From: Schmidtea polychroa
Lineage: Eukaryota
Length of the DNA stretch: 63,879 nucleotides
Direction: 5' to 3'
Assembly (NCBI GenBank): GCA_044892525.1
Contig: CM097885.1
Location: 149,234,001 to 149,297,879 of the forward strand
Below are positions 36,261-48,643 of this stretch, in pieces. Position 1 is the stretch's first letter; every line of letters begins with the position of its first letter. The translations under genes and the position numbers were made by a program. A model generated the notes under the pieces. The model had not been told where the DNA came from. It worked only from the letters and a program-made list of their open reading frames with translations, and searched no databases.

Positions 36261-39200
36261 TTTAATTATCACAAATGAGACATTCATTTAGCTTTGCCAA
36301 ATAGGCTTTGTTTTGGATTTAGTTAATTTTAAGATTTTTGTAAAAAAAATAATGAATAAAGAAGTAAGATATTTATTTATTTGTTCTGATGTGCATTGAA
36401 TTCTTCACGGTTTATCTAAAATATCAAGAATTTAGGGAAGAATCTTTAATATGATTGTTTATGTGATCGAGTGATGGCCGAGTGCCGGTTGGTGGGTCGG
36501 CTTCGGTTGCGCCGTGGGTTTGTTCCGGTGGATTGTTTCTTTATTTTCAAGAGAGCGGCTTGGAATGGTTATATATACTTTTCATTGATTTTGTGGACTT
36601 TACTAATTGAATTAATTTACTAATTAATTTACTAATTAATGTTTTATAAGTATTTTAAAATTCAGTTTTCAATAAAATTATGTATGGCTTTCTATTTTCG
36701 ATTTAATTAGTTAGGATGAGACGGAGGGTTGTCAGATTTGCATGCATGGAAAATGATCATTAATTATGTTATTATGGCATTTTGTACCTGTATATAAATT
36801 TATATGCACTTAAATAATTATTGTTAGGCAGTAATGGGATAATCAATGTATTGCTTTTGTGGGTACAAATAGAGATATTCTTCGTTGCTTAAATTGCATT
36901 GGAATGATGAATTAGTAGTCTGTTTTGAGTTTTGTTGTGGAATGATTGTTCTGACTCGTGATAATATTTATGTTATAAAACTATGAAATGTGAATTTTTG
37001 AACAAATACTGCCAAATTGGTGAATGAATGTAGTGATGGTCTTCGTGGTATGGAAACTTCTTGGAAGGTACACTGATAGATGAAGAATTAATAGTATGAA
37101 TGATTTAATTATCACAAATGAGACATTCATTTAGCTTTGCCAAATAGGCTTTGTTTTGGATTTAGTTAATTTTAAGATTTTTGTAAAAAAAATAATGAAT
37201 AAAGAAGTAAGATATTTATTTATTTGTTCTGATGTGCATTGAATTCTTCACGGTTTATCTAAAATATCAAGAATTTAGGGAAGAATCTTTAATATGATTG
37301 TTTATGTGATCGAGTGATGGCCGAGTGCCGGTTGGTGGGTCGGCTTCGGTTGCGCCGTGGGTTTGTTCCGGTGGATTGTTTCTTTATTTTCAAGAGAGCG
37401 GCTTGGAATGGTTATATATACTTTTCATTGATTTTGTGGACTTTACTAATTGAATTAATTTACTAATTAATTTACTAATTAATGTTTTATAAGTATTTTA
37501 AAATTCAGTTTTCAATAAAATTATGTATGGCTTTCTATTTTCGATTTAATTAGTTAGGATGAGACGGAGGGTTGTCAGATTTGCATGCATGGAAAATGAT
37601 CATTAATTATGTTATTATGGCATTTTGTACCTGTATATAAATTTATATGCACTTAAATAATTATTGTTAGGCAGTAATGGGATAATCAATGTATTGCTTT
37701 TGTGGGTACAAATAGAGATATTCTTCGTTGCTTAAATTGCATTGGAATGATGAATTAGTAGTCTGTTTTGAGTTTTGTTGTGGAATGATTGTTCTGACTC
37801 GTGATAATATTTATGTTATAAAACTATGAAATGTGAATTTTTGAACAAATACTGCCAAATTGGTGAATGAATGTAGTGATGGTCTTCGTGGTATGGAAAC
37901 TTCTTGGAAGGTACACTGATAGATGAAGAATTAATAGTATGAATGATTTAATTATCACAAATGAGACATTCATTTAGCTTTGCCAAATAGGCTTTGTTTT
38001 GGATTTAGTTAATTTTAAGATTTTTGTAAAAAAAATAATGAATAAAGAAGTAAGATATTTATTTATTTGTTCTGATGTGCATTGAATTCTTCACGGTTTA
38101 TCTAAAATATCAAGAATTTAGGGAAGAATCTTTAATATGATTGTTTATGTGATCGAGTGATGGCCGAGTGCCGGTTGGTGGGTCGGCTTCGGTTGCGCCG
38201 TGGGTTTGTTCCGGTGGATTGTTTCTTTATTTTCAAGAGAGCGGCTTGGAATGGTTATATATACTTTTCATTGATTTTGTGGACTTTACTAATTGAATTA
38301 ATTTACTAATTAATTTACTAATTAATGTTTTATAAGTATTTTAAAATTCAGTTTTCAATAAAATTATGTATGGCTTTCTATTTTCGATTTAATTAGTTAG
38401 GATGAGACGGAGGGTTGTCAGATTTGCATGCATGGAAAATGATCATTAATTATGTTATTATGGCATTTTGTACCTGTATATAAATTTATATGCACTTAAA
38501 TAATTATTGTTAGGCAGTAATGGGATAATCAATGTATTGCTTTTGTGGGTACAAATAGAGATATTCTTCGTTGCTTAAATTGCATTGGAATGATGAATTA
38601 GTAGTCTGTTTTGAGTTTTGTTGTGGAATGATTGTTCTGACTCGTGATAATATTTATGTTATAAAACTATGAAATGTGAATTTTTGAACAAATACTGCCA
38701 AATTGGTGAATGAATGTAGTGATGGTCTTCGTGGTATGGAAACTTCTTGGAAGGTACACTGATAGATGAAGAATTAATAGTATGAATGATTTAATTATCA
38801 CAAATGAGACATTCATTTAGCTTTGCCAAATAGGCTTTGTTTTGGATTTAGTTAATTTTAAGATTTTTGTAAAAAAAATAATGAATAAAGAAGTAAGATA
38901 TTTATTTATTTGTTCTGATGTGCATTGAATTCTTCACGGTTTATCTAAAATATCAAGAATTTAGGGAAGAATCTTTAATATGATTGTTTATGTGATCGAG
39001 TGATGGCCGAGTGCCGGTTGGTGGGTCGGCTTCGGTTGCGCCGTGGGTTTGTTCCGGTGGATTGTTTCTTTATTTTCAAGAGAGCGGCTTGGAATGGTTA
39101 TATATACTTTTCATTGATTTTGTGGACTTTACTAATTGAATTAATTTACTAATTAATGTTTTATAAGTATTTTAAAATTCAGTTTTCAATAAAATTATGT

Positions 39201-42200
39201 ATGGCTTTCTATTTTCGATTTAATTAGTTAGGATGAGACGGAGGGTTGTCAGATTTGCATGCATGGAAAATGATCATTAATTATGTTATTATGGCATTTT
39301 GTACCTGTATATAAATTTATATGCACTTAAATAATTATTGTTAGGCAGTAATGGGATAATCAATGTATTGCTTTTGTGGGTACAAATAGAGATATTCTTC
39401 GTTGCTTAAATTGCATTGGAATGATGAATTAGTAGTCTGTTTTGAGTTTTGTTGTGGAATGATTGTTCTGACTCGTGATAATATTTATGTTATAAAACTA
39501 TGAAATGTGAATTTTTGAACAAATACTGCCAAATTGGTGAATGAATGTAGTGATGGTCTTCGTGGTATGGAAACTTCTTGGAAGGTACACTGATAGATGA
39601 AGAATTAATAGTATGAATGATTTAATTATCACAAATGAGACATTCATTTAGCTTTGCCAAATAGGCTTTGTTTTGGATTTAGTTAATTTTAAGATTTTTG
39701 TAAAAAAAATAATGAATAAAGAAGTAAGATATTTATTTATTTGTTCTGATGTGCATTGAATTCTTCACGGTTTATCTAAAATATCAAGAATTTAGGGAAG
39801 AATCTTTAATATGATTGTTTATGTGATCGAGTGATGGCCGAGTGCCGGTTGGTGGGTCGGCTTCGGTTGCGCCGTGGGTTTGTTCCGGTGGATTGTTTCT
39901 TTATTTTCAAGAGAGCGGCTTGGAATGGTTATATATACTTTTCATTGATTTTGTGGACTTTACTAATTGAATTAATTTACTAATTAATTTACTAATTAAT
40001 GTTTTATAAGTATTTTAAAATTCAGTTTTCAATAAAATTATGTATGGCTTTCTATTTTCGATTTAATTAGTTAGGATGAGACGGAGGGTTGTCAGATTTG
40101 CATGCATGGAAAATGATCATTAATTATGTTATTATGGCATTTTGTACCTGTATATAAATTTATATGCACTTAAATAATTATTGTTAGGCAGTAATGGGAT
40201 AATCAATGTATTGCTTTTGTGGGTACAAATAGAGATATTCTTCGTTGCTTAAATTGCATTGGAATGATGAATTAGTAGTCTGTTTTGAGTTTTGTTGTGG
40301 AATGATTGTTCTGACTCGTGATAATATTTATGTTATAAAACTATGAAATGTGAATTTTTGAACAAATACTGCCAAATTGGTGAATGAATGTAGTGATGGT
40401 CTTCGTGGTATGGAAACTTCTTGGAAGGTACACTGATAGATGAAGAATTAATAGTATGAATGATTTAATTATCACAAATGAGACATTCATTTAGCTTTGC
40501 CAAATAAGCTTTGTTTTGGATTTAGTTAATTTTAAGATTTTTGTAAAAAAAATAATGAATAAAGAAGTAAGATATTTATTTATTTGTTCTGATGTGCATT
40601 GAATTCTTCACGGTTTATCTAAAATATCAAGAATTTAGGGAAGAATCTTTAATATGATTGTTTATGTGATCGAGTGATGGCCGAGTGCCGGTTGGTGGGT
40701 CGGCTTCGGTTGCGCCGTGGGTTTGTTCCGGTGGATTGTTTCTTTATTTTCAAGAGAGCGGCTTGGAATGGTTATATATACTTTTCATTGATTTTGTGGA
40801 CTTTACTAATTGAATTAATTTACTAATTAATTTACTAATTAATGTTTTATAAGTATTTTAAAATTCAGTTTTCAATAAAATTATGTATGGCTTTCTATTT
40901 TCGATTTAATTAGTTAGGATGAGACGGAGGGTTGTCAGATTTGCATGCATGGAAAATGATCATTAATTATGTTATTATGGCATTTTGTACCTGTATATAA
41001 ATTTATATGCACTTAAATAATTATTGTTAGGCAGTAATGGGATAATCAATGTATTGCTTTTGTGGGTACAAATAGAGATATTCTTCGTTGCTTAAATTGC
41101 ATTGGAATGATGAATTAGTAGTCTGTTTTGAGTTTTGTTGTGGAATGATTGTTCTGACTCGTGATAATATTTATGTTATAAAACTATGAAATGTGAATTT
41201 TTGAACAAATACTGCCAAATTGGTGAATGAATGTAGTGATGGTCTTCGTGGTATGGAAACTTCTTGGAAGGTACACTGATAGATGAAGAATTAATAGTAT
41301 GAATGATTTAATTATCACAAATGAGACATTCATTTAGCTTTGCCAAATAGGCTTTGTTTTGGATTTAGTTAATTTTAAGATTTTTGTAAAAAAAATAATG
41401 AATAAAGAAGTAAGATATTTATTTATTTGTTCTGATGTGCATTGAATTCTTCACGGTTTATCTAAAATATCAAGAATTTAGGGAAGAATCTTTAATATGA
41501 TTGTTTATGTGATCGAGTGATGGCCGAGTGCCGGTTGGTGGGTCGGCTTCGGTTGCGCCGTGGGTTTGTTCCGGTGGATTGTTTCTTTATTTTCAAGAGA
41601 GCGGCTTGGAATGGTTATATATACTTTTCATTGATTTTGTGGACTTTACTAATTGAATTAATTTACTAATTAATGTTTTATAAGTATTTTAAAATTCAGT
41701 TTTCAATAAAATTATGTATGGCTTTCTATTTTCGATTTAATTAGTTAGGATGAGACGGAGGGTTGTCAGATTTGCATGCATGGAAAATGATCATTAATTA
41801 TGTTATTATGGCATTTTGTACCTGTATATAAATTTATATGCACTTAAATAATTATTGTTAGGCAGTAATGGGATAATCAATGTATTGCTTTTGTGGGTAC
41901 AAATAGAGATATTCTTCGTTGCTTAAATTGCATTGGAATGATGAATTAGTAGTCTGTTTTGAGTTTTGTTGTGGAATGATTGTTCTGACTCGTGATAATA
42001 TTTATGTTATAAAACTATGAAATGTGAATTTTTGAACAAATACTGCCAAATTGGTGAATGAATGTAGTGATGGTCTTCGTGGTATGGAAACTTCTTGGAA
42101 GGTACACTGATAGATGAAGAATTAATAGTATGAATGATTTAATTATCACAAATGAGACATTCATTTAGCTTTGCCAAATAGGCTTTGTTTTGGATTTAGT

Positions 42201-43825
42201 TAATTTTAAGATTTTTGTAAAAAAAATAATGAATAAAGAAGTAAGATATTTATTTATTTGTTCTGATGTGCATTGAATTCTTCACGGTTTATCTAAAATA
42301 TCAAGAATTTAGGGAAGAATCTTTAATATGATTGTTTATGTGATCGAGTGATGGCCGAGTGCCGGTTGGTGGGTCGGCTTCGGTTGCGCCGTGGGTTTGT
42401 TCCGGTGGATTGTTTCTTTATTTTCAAGAGAGCGGCTTGGAATGGTTATATATACTTTTCATTGATTTTGTGGACTTTACTAATTGAATTAATTTACTAA
42501 TTAATTTACTAATTAATGTTTTATAAGTATTTTAAAATTCAGTTTTCAATAAAATTATGTATGGCTTTCTATTTTCGATTTAATTAGTTAGGATGAGACG
42601 GAGGGTTGTCAGATTTGCATGCATGGAAAATGATCATTAATTATGTTATTATGGCATTTTGTACCTGTATATAAATTTATATGCACTTAAATAATTATTG
42701 TTAGGCAGTAATGGGATAATCAATGTATTGCTTTTGTGGGTACAAATAGAGATATTCTTCGTTGCTTAAATTGCATTGGAATGATGAATTAGTAGTCTGT
42801 TTTGAGTTTTGTTGTGGAATGATTGTTCTGACTCGTGATAATATTTATGTTATAAAACTATGAAATGTGAATTTTTGAACAAATACTGCCAAATTGGTGA
42901 ATGAATGTAGTGATGGTCTTCGTGGTATGGAAACTTCTTGGAAGGTACACTGATAGATGAAGAATTAATAGTATGAATGATTTAATTATCACAAATGAGA
43001 CATTCATTTAGCTTTGCCAAATAAGCTTTGTTTTGGATTTAGTTAATTTTAAGATTTTTGTAAAAAAAATAATGAATAAAGAAGTAAGATATTTATTTAT
43101 TTGTTCTGATGTGCATTGAATTCTTCACGGTTTATCTAAAATATCAAGAATTTAGGGAAGAATCTTTAATATGATTGTTTATGTGATCGAGTGATGGCCG
43201 AGTGCCGGTTGGTGGGTCGGCTTCGGTTGCGCCGTGGGTTTGTTCCGGTGGATTGTTTCTTTATTTTCAAGAGAGCGGCTTGGAATGGTTATATGTACTT
43301 TTCATTGATTTTGTGGACTTTACTAATTGAATTAATTTACTAATTAATTTACTAATTAATGTTTTATAAGTATTTTAAAATTCAGTTTTCAATAAAATTA
43401 TGTATGGCTTTCTATTTTCGATTTAATTAGTTAGGATGAGACGGAGGGTTGTCAGATTTGCATGCATGGAAAATGATCATTAATTATGTTATTATGGCAT
43501 TTTGTACCTGTATATAAATTTATATGCACTTAAATAATTATTGTTAGGCAGTAATGGGATAATCAATGTATTGCTTTTGTGGGTACAAATAGAGATATTC
43601 TTCGTTGCTTAAATTGCATTGGAATGATGAATTAGTAGTCTGTTTTGAGTTTTGTTGTGGAATGATTGTTCTGACTCGTGATAATATTTATGTTATAAAA
43701 CTATGAAATGTGAATTTTTGAACAAATACTGCCAAATTGGTGAATGAATGTAGTGATGGTCTTCGTGGTATGGAAACTTCTTGGAAGGTACACTGATAGA
43801 TGAAGAATTAATAGTATGAATGATT
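36261..43825. repeat. Tandem array of nine 843/831-bp units
   Basis: Units start at 36261, 37104, 37947, 38790, 39621, 40464, 41307, 42138 and 42981, and are near-identical. Confidence 0.98.
36465..36547 (+). ncRNA. tRNA(Leu/Ser)-like GC-rich module with A-box, degenerate B-box and T4 (one per array unit)
   Basis: GATGGCCGAGTG matches the tRNA-Leu D-arm start. CTTCGG then CGTGGGTT resembles the variable arm/T-arm. The B-box GGTTTGTTCC is degenerate and there is no full cloverleaf. Confidence 0.4.
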
Positions 43826-46800
43826 ATATGCATATGATATATAAGAATGTATGGATTAAAGGGTTTATGAAAAAGTAAGCTACATATGATTCTGGTATTG
43901 AGTTGTCGATACATACAGTATATGATAAGGAATGTTTACACCAATTATGCTCTACCTGTAATACTTTCTACACATACCAAGCCAAGGGTAGAGTACCCAA
44001 GGATGTTGGAAGGCGTCGGTAAAAGGAAAAGATTAAACCCTAAAAACGATCGAATAAACATTCAAATAAAAAATATGATAAGACTCGACAGATAACAAAG
44101 CACCAAACGATAAATAAAGCAAGTGATAACCATGCCTTAGCTTCTGCAAATGTGAATCTGAGACGAACGACATTAAAGATAAAGAGATGAGTTTACCAGA
44201 CGAAACGGAGCGAATCAACAGATTCTACTGAAAGTAAAAGAAAGTGAAGACATGGAAAGACATCGAAACATCACGAATAGAAATAATAACTATATATCAT
44301 CAACACCTAGAATGAACAAAAGCGTTAAGTAAAAGACCAAAAACAAGAACTAAACTTGTCTGCAAGATAGATGAAGGGATATAACTCGCTGGTAACTCGA
44401 AAAATAAATATGAACCAAAGACAATCGAGAATAACTATTAAAAAATAAAACCACAGTATAAAAAGGGAGCAAAAATAAAACGAAATAAAATCTTCGTGAC
44501 AAAGACAGTGAAAAACTTTGCAAAATAGGCGAACATCACAGACATCAAGGATATGTCGAAAATGAATTTTAAAAATTTATGTAGAACGGCTCAGGAAGTT
44601 AACAAAGTAAATACAGAAATTAAGGAAAATAACTCCACAAGACACCGGAATAACGTGGTGGATATCGACAAAGGATCCGGCGAAAGAAACCAAGAAGCCC
44701 AAGGTTAGCCAAAGTAATATGAATATACATGACAGTTATACGTACGATGCTCATATTAATAACCGGAATGAACTATGAAAAATTTTCTAACGTCAACGAT
44801 AGAGAATGGGAAACAATTAGAACCAGACGGGTGAAATATACAGTAAATGAAAGAGTACAGAACGCTAAACTAAGAACAGCGAAAAGAGATCTAGAGAGTA
44901 TCACGAATTACGAACCCACATACATAGAAAGGGTTATGACTATATATAGGGTGAACAATGAATATATAAAGGTATATGATTATATAAAAATATATGTATA
45001 TATATTAGCGCGGTATGATTAGTATATAACTTCGGGAAGTAAAATGAAATAAAATTCAGATAAAAGATTAGGAATCAATGTAGGTGAATTGATAGAATGA
45101 GACGGATCACATTGGAAATCAATCCCAATACCACCACAGGAGAAATATGGAAGCAGAAAAGCGTCATATTATAGTAAATAACATTAGCTATACAGAAGCA
45201 AGGAATCTCATGGAGGAACAATCTAATCGAATATTTGAATAATGAATTTGTTCATGAGAGAATAATCAAGGATCAGAGAGGAAAAATTGAACTAAAGTAA
45301 AGAGAAATGGAACGACTCTAATGATAAAGCCGAATGCAAGAAATGAACTACTAAGAAAACTGAGGAAAACAAAGAGAGAAAGATATGGTCAGAATGTAAC
45401 GGAGAATATCAGACGGGAAAAGGAAACGGGAAAAAGAAAATGCAGGGAGCTGAAGATGAAGTACAAATAGTTATAACAAATCCAGCATAGTATTCATAGA
45501 AAAGTGTTATAAGATGAAGAGTAAAATATTCCGAGAAGGAGGTGGAATGAGCAGAAGAACACTGTATCTCTATTTTACATAAAGGAGAAAAACACAACGA
45601 ACTATTAGCATGGTCATAACATTGAAAAGAGACGGTAATGGCAGAACTGAGTGCCAAAAAGAGGACTAATTGTATATAAATAATTGCATATATCGGTGTA
45701 TACACCCCAACCAAAATGATATATAATAAAAGTAGAGGACCGATCACCATAAACAAAGATAAAATAATGCGAAAAATCAAAAATATTAAAATCTACACTT
45801 ATTTAAGAATAAGGAAAATTAATCACAGAAAATGGGCGTTTGGCAAATATGGTAGAAAGGACACGAGAACAAAATACTGAAAACCGAGAGAACACAAGAT
45901 AATAGAGAAATCAAAATAAGGAATGTCGAGGACGACATTTTGCGAAGACGCGGAGGAAAAATGAGATCAAACTAGGACAACAACAAACGGCAAATCAAGA
46001 TGAAAGTCAAAATGGACATGAGCAGTAATAGGAACAATCGGGAAAATTATACAAAAACATGATTGAGAGAAAATGAAGAGCGCACATATAACAAAATAGA
46101 ATGTGAACAAATAAACACAATAAAAATGACAAGGAAAACACAAAACGAAATGAACAAACAGAAAACAACAAGTAACAAATTCACAGAAAGAAAGCAAGGG
46201 CAAAGACATTTGAATGAAAAATCAAAATTACGAGAAACAACAAATATAAAATGAAACGCGATATATTATAATAGAACAAAAGTGAAAGCTTAACATCATG
46301 ACACGGAAAATTAAAATAACGAGAGATACTAACAAAAATGAGACCAATTAGAAACATGGAACAAAAGTTTTAGTTATGGAAAACGAACATACTGCCTACT
46401 TTTACGATGGAACAAAAAGTTACAATAATGAAAAACGAACGAACTGTCTACTTTTATTACGAAACAAAAAGTTGCAATTGTGGGATTGAATAAATTCAGA
46501 AACGATAAATGCAATAATATCAACCACTCCACGAACAGCTAGGGAGAAATGCGTACAGATGTAGATATCCAGATATAGGTGGATATGAGTATATGAATAT
46601 ATGTTTATGGATAAGGGTATATGTATAAGTATATGCGTGTATATGTAGACATAGATAAACAATTAAATGAGATAATGAAAATAAATGACCAATCAAAGTT
46701 ACGCGCCAAAAGTAAAATATCAAATAGACGCGGAAATAAGTTAAAAACATAAAATATAGGGAGTGGAACAAAGAGGCCCATAAACACAAAAACAACAAAC

Positions 46801-47577
46801 AAATTTTGAAAACGTAAAATATACGAAATGAGAAACATTATGACGGGGAAATCAGTGAGAGGTAACATAAAAAATCAAAGCTGAGGAAAATATACAAATA
46901 CGGAAGCGATAAATTACAAAATTGAGCAGGGATGTTTCGTAAATAAATCATTAACGAATAGAAGGGTAACGAATAAAATGGATAAACTAATATTAACAAA
47001 TAATGCGAGAGGGATCTGCCTGAGGAAATAGTGGACATATTAACAAGAAACAAGTCAACCGAAGCGGTGAGAGTAAAAGCGATAGCAATAAAACGTTAAC
47101 TGGATAAGAGACGTGGGTATATTTAGAATAATGAAGAAGGACCAAGAGTAATCGAGATAAGTTGATTAAGAGCACTGCGTATAAACGAGAATAAAGTATT
47201 ACGAAAATTGAGAGTAAATGAATAAGAAAAATTTTTTTTGCTGTTAGGATTTAGGAAATCCACAACCTATGAGCTACGCTCAGCGTAGTACGGATAAGGC
47301 CCAGGAAAGTACCAACTGTACTGACGAAAGATGTGGAACAGGGCCCATCGCATATACTGGAACATCTCTGCGTGTGACTGATCACCACACGATCGGAGAT
47401 CGACCAGTGCGAGTGTTTCACCTCCAGAGTCAGGAGAGTGGGGAAAACCTGGAAGAGTAGTAAAAAAGAAGCATGCAGGAGAAATAAAAGGAAGACCAAG
47501 TAACTGGAAAAAGACAAAGCGAAGTAAAGAGAAACAATTAGAGCTTAAAGATTAAATTCATAAGATAACCAGTAGAC

Positions 47578-48060
47578 GAATAATAGATGCGAATAATAGA
47601 TGCGAATAATAGATGCGAATAATAGATGCGAATAATAGATGCGAATAATAGATGCGAATAATAGATGCGAATAATAGATGCGAATAATAGATGCGAATAA
47701 TAGATGCGAATAATAGATGCGAATAATAGATGCGAATAATAGATGCGAATAATAGATGCGAATAATAGATGTGAATAATAGATGCGAATCCTAGATGCGA
47801 ATAATAGATGCGAATAATAGATGCGAATAATAGATGCGAATAATAGATGCGAATAATAGATGCGAATAATAGATGCGAATAATAGATGCGAATAATAGAT
47901 GCGAATAATAGATGCGAATACTAGATGCGAATAATAGATGCGAATAATAGATGCGAATAATAGATGCGAATAATAGATGCGAATAATAGATGCAAATAAT
48001 AGATGCGAATAATAAATGTGAATAATAGATGCGAATAATAGATGCGAATAATAGATACGA
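47578..48060. repeat. 13-bp satellite (GAATAATAGATGC)n, ~37 copies
   Basis: Read directly; a few single-base variants; degenerate 13-mer-like tail to ~48200. Confidence 0.98.
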
Positions 48061-48643
48061 ATATAAATGAGAATAATGGCTACGAATAGAAACGGAAATA
48101 ACAGACGTGAATATAGACGAGAATGTAAAAGGAAAGATAAACGAGAATATAGATGAGTACCTGGAAGAAACATAGACGAGAATATAAACGAGAATACGGC
48201 CGAAGTCATTGACGGATATATAACTGAAAATAAATAAGATTGTGAAGGAAAAAGACGAAAAATGAATTGAAAATAGACAACCATGTAGGAGAATAGATGA
48301 GGATATAGAATGGATAATGGAGAATCGAGTTAAGAATAATTTGAGGACCAATGTGTAAACAAAAATAACGACGAAATGAATATTAAGATATGCCGGTACC
48401 CAAAGAAACCAAAGTAAAAATATTGCAATTACACTATATAATATATATATTATAATTTATAAATATAATAAACGATAGGGAGAAGTGATATTTTTCTATT
48501 CAGGTAAATCAATCAATCAAGCCAATAGCCAAGTATCAGCAATCAAATAGAAGTTATTGTCAAATAATTAAGCCAAGTTCAGAAATATTGAACCAATAAC
48601 AAAGCATACCAGATCAAAACAGCTAATCATAGAACCAAGTTTA

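Noticed and set aside
36261-43825. Array as 5S rDNA, snRNA or spliced-leader repeat
   Set aside because: No 5S or snRNA sequence recognised. The AATTTTTG (Sm-site-like) and TCACGGTTT (SL-like) matches are short and expected by chance in AT-rich DNA; an Rfam search would settle it.
36730-43965. RING- or BIR-like peptide fragments (CQIC, AFVGTNRDILRCLNC in each unit; CLHQLCSTC at ~43933)
   Set aside because: Frames are short and stop-bounded, spacing is wrong for a RING, and TG-rich DNA yields Cys often. Only a profile-HMM hit would revive this.
44200-47520. Hydrophobic minus-strand ORFs (e.g. 45409-45780, 46520-46868) as membrane or env proteins; pol relics on plus
   Set aside because: They are the complement of very A-rich sequence. 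I found no RT, RNase H, integrase or protease motif on either strand.
36261-48060. CRISPR-like interpretation of the 843-bp or 13-bp arrays
   Set aside because: Units are head-to-tail with no unique spacers, there are no cas genes, and the DNA is eukaryotic.
47538-48351. Long minus-strand ORFs (248 and 186 aa) with IIRIYYSHLLFAS repeats
   Set aside because: They are the translation of the 13-bp satellite, which has no stop codons on that strand.
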